A stretch of 60,999 bases of DNA, filler included, from Porpidia crustulata (lineage: Eukaryota): assembly GCA_964255105.1 (NCBI GenBank). It is 8 parts of 8 records of this genome, joined end to end, with 100 filler letters (N's around TTAATTAATTAA, not from the genome) between each part and the next. Parts side by side here need not be neighbours in the genome. Positions count along the whole stretch, not along the records: positions 38,222 to 45,760 come from CAXUWE010001300.1; positions 45,861 to 53,382 come from CAXUWE010001301.1; positions 53,483 to 60,999 come from CAXUWE010001302.1; 5 more parts are not named here. One strand, written 5' to 3'. Under the pieces are notes generated by a model. That model had not been told where the DNA came from, made no database searches, and worked only from the letters and a program-made list of their open reading frames with translations. Positions 40,403-53,501 of the stretch are shown piece after piece. Numbering within the stretch: the stretch's first letter is position 1; each line of letters begins with the position of its first letter. A program made the position numbers and the translations under genes.

Positions 40403-41493
40403 ATGACAGAGATCCAGCAGCCCCCACAGCCCGGCCACGAGATTGCTTTTCCCCCCAAAGAACCACCCAAACTTCGTTCCAACCATGGTAATTATGTGGA
40501 CAGCGGCGCAGTCTCCTGGCTGCGGCCAACCGCCCTATCAGTACCTCTGGAGGAGATGCGGGAGCGATACGCAGCCGATGGCTATCTCTGGGTCAAGCAT
40601 CTCATCCCCCGAGAAGATGTCAATGACATGCGAGAACTGTAACTCCCACCTCGCTCTGTCCCACAACCATTCTCCCAACCCCACCCACCTCCCGAATTGC
40701 AGAGCATCATTCACCATGCTAATCTCGGCTCCCGCATAGCTACTTCACTCACATTAGCTCCACTGGTATCATTGCTCCCTCCACGTCTCCCCGCGCCGGC
40801 ATCTTTAATCCCATGCTCGACCCCCTTGACCACCAGGGCTTGGGCGGCGCACCCAAAAAAACCTCGCAAGCTCTCCTAGACTCCATCCACTCACACCCTT
40901 CCTACCGCTCCTTCCTCGCCCATCCCTCTCTCCGCTCTTTTATCCGCGCCCTCAACGGCTGGGATAAGGAAGTGATGCTAAACCGTGGCCTTCTCCAACA
41001 CTATGTGCCACACAGCCTCAGCACTGGAATCCACTACGACCAGCTTTTCCTGCGCGAGGGCGACCCTGTCTTCGTCACCGCCTGGGTCCCTATCGGCGAC
41101 TGCAGCGCGTCGGGCGGCGGCCTCATGGACCTTGAGAATAGCTGTTCCATCGGCGAAGCCTGTGAAAAGGAGTTTATGCGGCGTCAGGAGGCCGAGGGGA
41201 TGAGCCAGGAGGAACGAGTTAGTGCGTTCAATAAGCACATGGGCGAAGGAGGGCATTTGAGCCACGATGCGGAGGAGTTTCTGGAAAAGGAGGGCAGGGA
41301 CAGGAAATGGTTGGTTGCGGATTATGAGGCTGGAGACGTGGTCTTCCACAGCCCGTGGATGATACACAGCGCGACCAAGAACGAGGATGAAAGCGATAGG
41401 ATCCGCTTGGCGACGGATCTGAGGTTTTATGACGAGGGCACCAATCTGGACCGGAGATGGATGGAGACGTTCTACCATGGGGATGGACTGTAA
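40403..41493 (+). CDS. Phytanoyl-CoA dioxygenase (PhyH) family Fe/2OG oxygenase, 2 exons
   Basis: RYAADGYLWVK, TGIHYD (HxD), TAWVPIGD, YEAGDVVFH..MIH..N..RIRLATDLRF. Confidence 0.88.
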
Positions 41494-42054
41494 TGCATGA
41501 TTCGGACGGTTGAAAGACGAAGCGAATCTCCCACGCTGTTTTACAAACAGCTCCATAAGGTTATCCAAGGAAGTCGGACTCCAAGATAGAGCACACATAC
41601 TTCAAATCTTACATAAACAGCTGCCAGACCGTACCATGGTCAACACTAAACGTCCCCGTACCTAAGATATAATGTCTTTGTATAAAGTTAGCGGATCGGC
41701 ATTCGTCTCCGGAAAGCCGTAACGTCTGACAAGCTAGCCGAAAACGGTCAAACGTCGAGTCCCCGAGGCTAGCCGCCCGTACCGAGCCGTGTATATGTCT
41801 TGCAGGTCCTCCTTAAAATATCTGATTTGCCGGATAAGGTACCTATTGCCTGTAACCATCGCTGGTCTTGACAAGGCAAGGATGAGCGCCCACGACAAAG
41901 CGGTGCGGTTTTAATCGTTGGTCTTTGGGATTTGGAGATCGTGTTCAGTAGGATATTTGCATTTCCACCTCGAACCAAAGTATAGAATTACCAGAATTAC
42001 TAGCCGAAGCAAGGGTATATAGCAACAAGCACATAGACATAAAGCACGCACAAA

Positions 42055-44432
42055 TCATTTTGCGGCACTGACGATCGATTTCTTCCTCCCGAACATCGTG
42101 CGCGTCCTCGACTTGTCGCGCGGATTCTTTTCGGGGGTGGTTTTATTGGCCGTTCGCCCCGGGCGATCGTCGTTATCATCGGCGTATTTTGGTTTGTAGA
42201 TCCTACGAAAATTAGTGACTGCAACTGCAGGTAAACATGACCGTTGACTTACCAGCTATTGCCAACCATGCTCATGCCCTTGGCCTCGGCCATCCGATAA
42301 TACTTGGCCGCTTTCTTCAAGTCCTTCTTGCACCCCTGACCCTGCGCATAGCAAAACCCAGCTTCGGCCATGGCATCTGCGTCTCCCCAATTGCCGGCAA
42401 TTTCAAAGCACCGCAGCGCCAAAGATTTATCCTGCTCTATGCCCCATCCATTCATATGGCTGACACCTAGCTCGTAGATGCTCAACGCAAATTGGGCTCT
42501 CTTAGTCTTCTGCTCTAACAAGTCGGCTGGGTTTTTTTCTGTCTCATCTGCGATTTCTAGGCTAGCTGAATCTGCAGCTTTTCTCAGCCACTGCACGGCT
42601 TCTTGTGGGTTGGGCCGCATTCCCCAGCCATGTCGACACGCTAATGCGTACAAGAGCATGGCTGTTGGGAGGTTCTGTTTCGCTGCAAGGCGAAAATGGT
42701 AGGTTGACTCCTTGACATCGCCACGTTCATGCGATTCGATACCTTTCGCGAGATGATCTTCTGCACTAAGATCCATGGATTGCACGGCAGCACGGCGGGG
42801 ATGTGGCTTGATAGTACTGGCAGAACGGGTCGAAGCTGAAGATTCAGATGGTGTTTGATTCATAATTGGGTTGGGCGGCGGTCTTTGCTGTGCCGTTTGA
42901 TCCTGATCACCATGGGGAGCCTGCAGTCCGTTTGGCCATGTCCGGCTTTGCTCAACGGGCTCCGGATCCGGAGTATTGTGGAAATCCACAGTACGCTTCG
43001 AAGTGCCAGTCGGCGATGGTTCTGTGTGTCCTCTGCTCCTTGCTGGCTGTGTGGCTGTAGTAAGGTTACTTTGCACAGCAGGCTGTGTCCATTCAAAAAG
43101 AGGCATTTCTGTATTTTCGCGAACTTTGGAATCTCGCTGGAGCATCCGACCACGAGGCAAAGAGAATTTAGCATATATGTATGAAGGTGCAGGTGCATCT
43201 GCTTGGTCGTTGTGATCGAAGTATTGCTCGCTTTCCATACTCATCGGCGTTTGTACACCGTCATCGGCGAAGATGAACGGCTGACTGTCTGCAGATGCCT
43301 GCCTCGTCATACCCGTGGGATGTCTAGGCCCCGAAGATGGTTGCCTCGATTGCGAGTCCATGGAAGGTTGACTGTCGAAAGATGGCTGACGTCGTGAGTC
43401 CATGGAAGGCCGGCCGTCAAAGGATGGTTCACGTCTGACGTCCAATGATGGCCGACCTCCTCTACTTAAGGGTCTAGAGAAATTGTACGCTGGACGAACA
43501 AGACGCGAACCGCCAACGGAGAATTGGGAGGTTTGTGATGGTGAGCGACCATGGCCCTGGATGAATGGAGATAATGGCGAATGTGCGGTGGACAAGCCGC
43601 TACTAGATGATAGCTTTCGGTGCTGTGAGACTGATGAACCGCCAGTGGAAGCACTTAATTCATCATCTGAGCTATCCACCGGCACTGATCTAATGCTAGC
43701 AGCGTGGCGTGCTTGTGGCGACATTGGTGGCACAAGAGCATTATTGTTCTGCATTTTGGGAGATGTCGTAGAGTCCGTAGATATACCTCTCTGCATATCT
43801 GTCCTGAATTGCGTCGAATCGAAATTTTGCTGCGATTTCATCCAGGGAGGTGGTTCCATTGACTCCGGACTGTTGCGCATCAAAGTTCCAAGCTGGGGCG
43901 ACTGATTGCGGGTAGGCTCAAAGTAGCCTCCGGCCGTAAATGGTGGGTGGAATTCTGCGGGAGTTACAAAGGGTCTGTCGTCTGGCGAGGGGTCTGGAGG
44001 ATCTTCCTTCTCGTTGTCCAATTGTGGTATGCCGCTCATTCGAGGATAGAAAGATTTCGGTCTGAAATCAGGTTCGACTGCCTCTGGTGTGCTTCCGGTT
44101 GGCTCTCCATCCTTGGGTCGTCCATTATTCTCCGGTGTATTTTCTCCAGCGCCTATCGATCTAGACCTCATGTACCCAGTGTTCGCCAGCGAGTTCGCAA
44201 TCATCAGAGGTGGTAGCCTGCTCACACGTCGGTCATCTCTTTTGCTCTCATCCAGCTGCTTGGCCAGGAGCCTGCTCTGAGCAGCGAAAGCGTCCAGTGG
44301 GGACATCTGCGGAGGAATTTCGCCATCAAAGTGAGGAACTCGTGGAGACGGTAGACCACGTGGAGACACCAAAGTTGTAGCCATCGTATCATTCGATGCT
44401 GATCGAAAATCAATGAAAGTTGGGCGTGGCAT
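42055..44432 (-). CDS. SEL1-repeat protein, Nif1/Dsf2-like cell-cycle regulator, 2 exons
   Basis: LLYALACRHGWGM, FALSIYELGVSHMNGWG, EAGFCY..G.GCKKD.KKAAKYYRMAE..G....GNSW|IYKPKY. Confidence 0.88.
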
Positions 44433-45760
44433 TATTGTAAAGATTTAAGTACGAGGCTATGTCGCTAATATTTCGTAATCTTTACGACCTGCAGCGTTGG
44501 TCGCTCAAAATAGAAGGATAATTGGCCGAAGGTATAAGCGCAAGTCCGGCTGCAGTTTCGCGCAGTCCTTTGTCGCTGTGATGTCTCGTCGTAGGTAAGT
44601 TTTGTTCTTAAGCGTATACCCATCAGTCGTAATAATGAAGCCGACAGGAGATGTTCGGTCACGACGTTTGACGGTGGACCGTGGGGCTCACCGGGAGCCG
44701 TCATACAGTCTTTGGTTCAACAAAGGATTAGTTGATCGCATACCAGCTGAACGTACAATCGACTAGCTGGTCTAGAAGTCTCTTAAGTTGAAGAATTGCC
44801 AGATTACCTATGGACGATGTCGAGGTCGAAGAGAGAGAGGATGAGAGAGTATGAAGATGAGAGGCTCTCGCACACTCAGGGTGAATGGATGAATTTCCCT
44901 TCATGCTTCTGATGGCCGCTGATTGGCCCATTTGTCTCTCTTGGTACTTTCTCCGAAATTAGAAACTCTCTCGCCCTCTGTAAAATAACGTGTATCAAAC
45001 TCTGCCGAGGGACTAACCCTGCATATCCTTAGTCATCGCCTCTCTTCCGGCGTTTCATTCGCTCCCTTCCGAAAACCTTCTTAATGCACTTTAATATCGC
45101 CGTCTCCTTCCGAAATTAGGTACTATGTAGGTATCATCGAGTCACTGCTGTCGGCTCTATCGTCGAGGCACGTAAGAAGCACAGCTTGAGATCTCTTCCT
45201 CACAATTGGGGGTGCACAAGCAAGCTAGAGCCAATGTTCTGGCGCCAGCACACACGATGGAGATAGGCAAGATGGAATTTCCGATATTGCAATGGCTGAA
45301 GTTTAGGAAAGCCAATCAATCAGCTAAGTACTGTGCATCGCCAGATGACCTGCCAGCCTGTTTGGGTAATTTAAATCAATCATTTCAATTGAGACGTTGT
45401 TTCACAGAAATACGAAGACGTGAGAGAGAATGATTGAAATGCAGCTGACTTCCTCGTTTCTGCCCACCAAGGCAGGACCACCTCATTCGCTCGTCCTCAA
45501 TGGCTTTGCATTCCATACAACGGGAAAGTCTCAATCTTGGTGCTCAAACGTTTTCATGCCAGTGCTAGTGAAATGCGGGGAAAACTAGGGAATCTGGGTT
45601 GGTAGAGAAGCAAAATTGTCAATCTTATGAGCTATGATTGCATTTATATTGCTCGTAGGAGCATTGAGAAGAAGACAGACTTTAGGCGTAATTGCACCGT
45701 CTCTTCCTCTGTAAACCCTTCACTATTCTATTACTTCCTTTCGAACCCGCCTCCCAGAAC

Positions 45761-45860
45761 NNNNNNNNNNNNNNNNNNNNNNNNNNNNNNNNNNNNNNNN
45801 NNNNTTAATTAATTAANNNNNNNNNNNNNNNNNNNNNNNNNNNNNNNNNNNNNNNNNNNN
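45761..45860. other. Artificial contig linker
   Basis: 44 N + TTAATTAATTAA + 44 N. Confidence 0.98.
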
Positions 45861-48800
45861 TCCGTCCACTTGTCGAATCCCATGCCGCAATCACCACCCT
45901 TGCGCATCTCCGTGACATCCTTTTTCACGTTTTTCAAGGAGGCGAGGGTGCCTGTTTTGCGTTAGACAACGAAGTTTCCCCAAAGCCGAAACATGGAACA
46001 AGGATACAGGTAAGGAAGGAGATGAGAAAACATACCATCATAAACGACATCGCCACCTCTCAACACCCTGACTTTCGAAGCCTTGCCAATGACGCCATTA
46101 CGCACGCGGCAGCCGGCGACGGGCACCATGACGCGACCCTTGACATTGATTTCAAACACCTGCGCCACCTCCGCCTCGCCCAGAACCCGCTGCGTCACCA
46201 GCGGCGGCAGCAGCTCGCCCAGCACCGCCTTGACGTCGTCGACGAGCCGATAGATAATGTTCTCCTCGATGATTTTGACGCCGGCTTGCTCGGCACTGCG
46301 TCGATGGGCGGGCTCAGTAGGCACATTAAAGGCGATGATGTGACCGGACGCGACGGCAGCGTGCTCGATGTCGAATTCCGAGACGGGGCCGACGCCGGAA
46401 CGGAGGATGTGCGGGCGGACTTCGGGATTGCCGAGGGCAGAGACGGAGTCGAGAACGGCTTCGACGGAGCCAGAGACGTCGCCTTTAATGACGAAGAAGA
46501 CTTCTTTCGTGCTGGGCTCCTGCTTCTCTTCCCGTGTGGGTTTGACTGCAGGGGCATCGGTGTTAGCTTCTGGGGCCTCTTTGGCAGCTTCGTCGGCCTT
46601 TTCTTGCGCCTCGCGCTTTTCTTGCTCGATGCGGCGGGATTCGTTTACTGCGGTCATGTCGGCCGCCATTTGGCTACGTTTGACATCTTCTAAGCGGACC
46701 TCGACGACAGATTTGGCTTGTTGTTCATCGTTGGCTTGAAGAACTTCATCACCAGCGACAGGTTGTTCCCTCCATCCATCTATCTCCACAGGCGTTCCTG
46801 GGCCGGCCAAGGGAATTTGTACCCCAGCTTCGTTTTTCAGACTTCGCACTCTAGCCCAGGTTGTACCAGCGACGATGACATCGCCCGATCGAAGGGTACC
46901 GCGGCGAACAAGCACTGTGGCGACACGGCCTGCCTTTTTCGTTGTAGCTTCAAGAACCCATCCTTCAGCTGGACCGTCAGTCTCGGCACGCATGTCAAGT
47001 ATATCTGCGAGAGCGACAGCCGCGTCTTCCAGCTCCTCCATGCCTTGACCAGTTTTACCGCTAACACAAACAACCTGAGTATCACCTCCGTAGTCTTCAA
47101 TCTCAACGCTGTATCTGGCCAAGTCCTGTTTCACGCGCTCAACGTTTGCATCTTCCTTATCTATCTTATTGACAGCCACTATCATCGGGACTTTTGCGGC
47201 CTGGGCATGCTTGATAGCTTCGATGGTTTGTGGCTTCACGCTGTCATCGGCCGCCACCACAAGAATCACAATATCTGTAACATTAGCCCCGCGTTGCCTC
47301 ATACTTAGAAATGCCGCGTGGCCGGGGGTGTCAAGGAAGGTGACAATCTTCCCAGAAGGCATTTGTACTGTGAAGGCACCGATATGCTGGGTGATGCCAC
47401 CGAACTCGGATGCTGCAACAGAAGATTTCCGCAGCCAGTCTAGAAGAGTAGTCTTTCCATGATCGACGTGCCCCATGATCGTGACAACGGGGGGTCTCGA
47501 GGGCAATAGCGACATGTCTTCTGCCGGAGGACGCGCCTTCAGGTCTTCGCTTCCGCCGGAATCAATTATTGGCTCAAAATTGAATTCAGCAGCAATGAGA
47601 CCTGCTACTTCCGCGTCGAGTATATGATCATTACTCGTAACTTCAAACCCCAGAGCTTTCATCCTGCTTGCAAAATCTTCCACCCGCACTCGTAGGACGG
47701 CGGCTAAGTTGGCCACGCTAATGAATTCTGGCAAATAAATTGGTGTGGGTGGAGCAAGCTTCTTCTGCATTGCTCTCTGGATTTTACGCTGCCTGCTACG
47801 TTCAACCTTGGCAGCTATACGGTCTTCCTCGTCTTCATCATAGTCGATTTCGGATTTTCGCGCTTTTCTCATTGTCTTATGACGACCCATACCCCTGCTG
47901 TATGTCGAAGACTCTGCTTTGAATGAATGGCGTGTCAGGTCAACTTCATCTATCTGAACCTCTCTTATACTTTCTGCCTTCATTCTTTCTTTCTTAGATA
48001 ATTTCGAAGCCGGTCGGTCTTCCTCAGGCGGAAGATACTGTCTCTCGGCTTGTACAAGCTTACTATTTCCCGTAGGACTTGAAGTCGCTGGTTGTTTAAG
48101 AGAATCTGGGCTCCATGCCGTCAGACCGCTTTTGGGAGGTTCAGTGACTGGAAGGGAATTATCCACACGTGAATTTGCGTTAGGCTGCTGATCTGCCTCC
48201 TGTTTTTCGAGTTTGCCATTACCAGCCACGGTATCCTCTTTAGTATGTAGACTTCCGCGAGACGCACGGTCTTCTCCTGTAGGTTCTAAAGCTAGAGTAT
48301 CCTCAGATGGAGAAGGCTTCCAACGATTCCAGGAGCCTTGTTTCAGACTAAAGAAAGGCTTCCCGGTCAGATCATTTTGATTCCTTGGCGCCCGGTCAGA
48401 GAAGCTAGGTGTCTTACTCGCCACGAGCCCGACAAACTTGCCCTCCTTGGTTTGTTCCAATCGATCAAGCCTTGCCTTCTCCAAGTTCATGTCCCTTGCG
48501 CCCTGGTCGGAAGCTTTGGCAAGAGGTTCAATTGAGGGTTTAGCTTCAATCGAAGGAGCTGGAGTTCTTGTCTCGTCTGATCTGCGTCTCAAATGCTTCC
48601 AGTGCTGAGTGGCATTCACTCCCTCTCCTTGAGGTTGTTCAGCATCAAGATCTTGAGGCTTATTGGATTGAGTGGCCCGAACAATCGCAATATGCTCATC
48701 GAGTACCTTATCACGCGGCCGATTGCGGGAGGATGGGCCGGCTGTTGAAGATCCTAGGATAGGCTCAATTTTCCGTGATGCCTCCTGAGAATATTTCGAA

Positions 48801-49503
48801 GATTCTTCTGTTGTGGCGTCCTGGGGAGCTGACGTGAACTTGTTGTCGAATACGCCATGGCTGGGCATACCTCTCCGAAGCGAAGTATCTTGCGTACTGG
48901 AGTTCATAACCGGTGGGAGCTTGTTGCAGCTTCGGCACTGTCTGTCCATCCGGTTGTTTGTATAGCCACAGGAACAATTCCAATTCCCAGATATGTTAAC
49001 ATTTGTAGCCCTCTCGCCTTTGGAAGTGCCGCCCAACCTCTCATTCTGCGAGGGATTATCCCGGGGATTTGCGAACTGATTGGCTGGCGAGGAATTACGC
49101 TCTCCAAGAATACGTCTGGGAGCAGGAGTAGGAGCGGACTTCTGTAAAACCTCCCTCATTCGCTCCTCCTCTGGAGTCAGGTGGCCTGTAGTTGTGCTTC
49201 TAGCCCAACCTCCGCCGAATCGTGGCGGTTCTTTGGGCGGTTTGCGTGGCGTAAGCGGTAGCTCCTCATCTTCTTGTGATGACGTCGCGAGTGCCAGCGG
49301 CTTCCGAGAAGTGCTCGTGGCATGAAGCAATCGTCGTTGGGGGTAGGCTCGAGGCCTTGCGGGTGCGAGCTGCAATCGAGTTGCACAGAAGATACATACA
49401 TCTTGCAGCGTTGAAGTCTATGAGTATTCAGTACAACTTTAATTACTATGGAAATCAACATTAAAAAGAGCAATTGCCTTACCTTCAAAGCCTGCGGGGG
49501 CAT
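45861..49503 (-). CDS. IFM1: Mitochondrial translation initiation factor IF-2 with a long N-terminal extension; extreme 3' end truncated
   Basis: [59 protein letters not shown]. First exon MPPQALK then an intron. The last exon (..[21 protein letters not shown]) runs to the linker. Confidence 0.95.
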
Positions 49504-49971
49504 TTCCTGGAATCGGGGGGTGACACTTTGGTTCTTGAGAAAAAGTAATGGCCACCGCGTTTGTGAAGTGCGGGCAAATATAATCCAGGCGACCGTACCG
49601 CGCACCCATGCATGCGATGATGAGACCTAGCTTTCTCCGGCCTAGTTTTAGACTAACCCCTTGTTCGGGATTTATTCATCTGTGCAGCTCCCCTGATACT
49701 CAAATCAATCAAGAATGCAGCTTTCATTCTACCTTGACCTCCGGCCTCCAGGATGACGAGCGCAACCTGATCGGCCACATGTCATGTTGCCAGAAGCCAA
49801 CCGTTACCACCTCTGGTTCTTAGCGCCATCTTCTAGCAAGTAGCAACTAAAACTACCAGAAGTCCTAGAGATCCCTAACCCCCTTCCTGTTCGTTAGCTT
49901 TGACTTTCATACCATCTGGCTACAACTCTTCCGCCCTACCGTTTCGAGCGATGTGAGACAACTCTCGTGAA

Positions 49972-51921
49972 ATGCCCTCTCTGAACCTTGAATGCTTCCC
50001 AGCAGAGATTCTCCTGCGCATCTGCGAGTACGTTGAGGGCACTCATTAGTCAAGCTTGCTTCCTTTCACGCTCGTCAGCAAGCAATGTCATCGTGTTTTT
50101 GCTGCTATTCTTTTCCGCACAATCGAAATCTTCGCGCGAGATCGTAAGCAGCTTGTCCATGACGTGCAACAATGGATCAACAGATTGCAGCGCGCATTCA
50201 GCTTCAAGCGTGTTCGCCTCTTGGTCGTTGAAGGCCTAATGCGCAGCCAGCAGGACGATACAGGCGAGATTGAGCCTCAAGACTGTAGGCACAGAGTGGG
50301 GAGCTTCCCTGATTGTGATGGCGACGAACTCAGACCGGTGCCAGGTAGATGCTTACGTGGCTGACCATAAGCCTCACAATGTCGAGGAAGATGAAGCGTG
50401 GACGCCTCTCGTAGATTTGATCAGGCAGCTACCGGCACTCTCAGATCTGTTTTATGCGTGTCCAGGTCAGTTCTCCCCCTGTCTGCTCCAGGCTTTGCAT
50501 CAGCACCGGCCCAACTGCAGGCTTCACATATCAAGATTCAGCTTCCGTAGCCTGAATCGACCTGACCTGGACGCTCATGAGCTAGCGCTTGCAACATCGC
50601 CCTGTCTTTACAGTGTGCTAGTCCGGTATGACTGGTACGACTCGGACGGGATTGAGGACTACAACGAAGAGGCCGTAATGCATATTGCAACAGGCTTGGC
50701 ACCCAATTTAAAGGAGGTTCGCACATTCCGCGCCGCCGCTGGCTGGTCACTGGCACGTATGCGAGCACTTGAAACGCCGAGAAAGCCGTGGCAAGGGTTC
50801 GCCCTCAACAAACAGAAGCAAATCTTCACACGCGGATCCTTACGACACTTGCAGCTCGCTGGTTACGGCTCCATAACCAGAGATATCGTTAAGACTTGGG
50901 GTAGACGAACCGATTTCTCAACTTTGCGCATTCTCGACTTGGAGAGTGACATTGAGGCCGATGCACTCGACTTCCTAGCAACAAAGTGCAACTTTTCTTC
51001 CCTTATAGCGCTAGTTCTGGTCCTTGCAACAGGCAATCTTCTTGAACGACCAACGATTGATCATTCTAGTCTTGCAAATCACTTTCTTTGTGGTCTGCCA
51101 TCTCTGTTCACCCTCAAACTTGCTGGTGAACTTAGTCACACTACCCTTGATATTATTCTTGGACATCATGGTGCAGCCTTGCACAGGCTCTGGCTATCAC
51201 CCTCGGGAACTCTCAATAGGCTTGTCATTACACAACAGGAAGCTAAACAAATTGCAGAACACTGTCCCCTGCTTGAAGACCTTGGTCTGACTATGCCACG
51301 CTCCAAAGGTGATGCCGGCGAGGTGGCTATCTACAAAACACTAGCTTCCCTACCCAAGCTTCAAAACCTATTCCTTACCCTCGACGCCTCAGATTGTGCC
51401 ATCCTCATCGATGGTGACGAAGATGACGAAACGCCCAATGACCCATCCTTTGACGACTTTGACCAGCAATTCTTCGATGACCCCAGGGGCTTGTATCGCA
51501 AACCACGCAACGGGCACGTCCGCGATGCCTTCATCAACAGCGCCTTAGATGAAACCCTGGCTCGTGCCATCTTTTGGAGCATTTCTACCGCCAAACCCAG
51601 TGGCGCATTGCCGCTTGAAAGGCTGAAGCTTCGCATGACTGGCGGAGGCTGCTTCGGTGATCCTTCCATGCTCGCAAGTATCGAAGATGTCGTTGGCCAT
51701 CTCGGCCATGGTGGCTTGAGCGCAATCCAAGGGACGATCATCGCGATCAGTTAGTTCCAACGGAGCTAGGACGGCGGGAAAGAGAAGCGAAGGAAGGGCT
51801 GCATCCGATGTCTCTGGGATGGGATGTCGAGCCAATTTTCCGCAGGATTTGGCCGAAAAGGTCGAGAGAAAACGGGGATTGGCGCGACGACTGGCATAGC
51901 TGGCCACTTTCATCGACATAG
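49972..51921 (+). pseudogene. F-box/LRR-like hypothetical protein pseudogene
   Basis: MPSLNLECFPAEILLRICEY..TH* (TAG 50047-50049), apparent frameshifts near 50340 and 51705, and the C-terminal motif IFRRIWP..DWRDDWHSWPL lies in another frame. Confidence 0.75.
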
Positions 51922-53382
51922 GAATGCACCCTATTACCTCCTTAGTCACTACTCCCGTACCATTGCAAGTGAGCTAGGTACCTGATTAAGAGGTAATAAA
52001 CCACCGGGTACATAACGCCAGTATTACTCTTTCAGCGTCTTTTGTCACACAGTGTAGTCATGTGACGAATGCTCTTCTAATGAACCCTTTTCATCCCCCG
52101 TCATCTCTCAATCGCTCCACCATTAGAATCGTATGGTTTTACCTTACAACCGGCTTCGACAGCCCCCAAGAGCATTGTTGCAAGGCTGCCCCGCTATCCC
52201 GAGTCCCTGGTTTCCCCCAGCCGAGCCCTACTGGGCTTACCCTATCGCAACCCTGCGAATACCTTACTTGAGCCTCGACCAGTTTCGACGATCTCTGCAG
52301 TGCGACTGCGTACCACAGAGGGATGGTTTATTTGATTGGAGGTCAAGGACGGTGGCACTGCTGTGCTGTCACTGCATCCACCGTGAGAGTGTGTGGGATC
52401 TGATTGGACAGTCGGCAAGAGCAGGTATTGGAAGAGCTGGATACGAGGTCGGGCTTGCTTATCGTATGGACAGTGGAAGTACAGTCAAGCCTGCACTTAT
52501 TGCCAATGAATACCAGGGCTAGTATTTGATACGGCAAGCAGATTGGCAATCACGATGTAGTGTATCAAGATTGTGTAACTTTGCATGACAGTGTTTCCCA
52601 GGGCCGAAATTGATTGCTCGCGGATACCATTAAGCTGCATGTAAATGTTTGCAATAAGCGTCGTCATCCAATCACAGTCGATCAATTGAATTTGTCGGAA
52701 TCATAATAATCGTAATCATGTTATCAATTGTTGGTCGTATCTTGGCGAGATAGCCTGAGAGAATTGGCCGATTACTGAACCACCCCCGTGCCCCCGCTAG
52801 TGCAAAAGAAGCGCCCGTACGTGTCGTAATCACGGTGCCACGGTATCAGGATTCAGGATCTGATCCGAACTCCCCTGCTCAGCCAATCTATTCTTTTCTC
52901 TTCGTCCTGGTACGATAGATTGCAACCATGGCAGACAGATCACCCAATGACCCGCAAACTCCGCCTGTTCCCACCCATGAGTGCATTAACATTCATGCAT
53001 CTTTTTCGCTATCTTCAGCCTCGTGGGGAGGTTGGGTGGTTGTACACGATACCATGAATGTTTGCACCTGAACGTTTGGAAAGGCCGAGTGCAGCAATGG
53101 ATGATGGGTGATTAATCTTGTGAGAATTCCAAAATGCCGATTCGGTGGTTCGTACGACTCGTATCCATTATTGAGATATGAGGTGATCAACTAATGCTTC
53201 ATGCCGTGGATTGAATAACCGGATAATCTGACTGAATTGCCTTCTCGTACCCAAACATTCAACGCGGTAGCCTCAGCCTCAGCCTCGGCCTTGATTATGA
53301 TTATTATTCTTATTCTTATTCTTATTCATTACCTGTTCAATATGGATGTTGTTCTACTGCCTACTATTTCCCTTCTCCCCAC

Positions 53383-53482
53383 NNNNNNNNNNNNNNNNNN
53401 NNNNNNNNNNNNNNNNNNNNNNNNNNTTAATTAATTAANNNNNNNNNNNNNNNNNNNNNNNNNNNNNNNNNNNNNNNNNNNN
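53383..53482. other. Artificial contig linker
   Basis: 44 N + TTAATTAATTAA + 44 N. Confidence 0.98.
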
Positions 53483-53501
53483 TTCCAAATCCCAACCCCC
53501 G

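Noticed and set aside
46022..47308. Long antisense ORFs opposite IF-2 (likewise opposite PhyH, CDC45, WKF and CSC1)
   Set aside because: Shadow ORFs expected from GC-rich codon usage, with no independent protein features.
49617..49696. C/D-box snoRNA candidate (ATGATGA...CTGA)
   Set aside because: No terminal stem or recognisable rRNA guide, and these short motifs occur by chance.
53268..53330. (AGCCTC)n and (ATTCTT)n short repeats
   Set aside because: Ordinary short microsatellites near a contig end.
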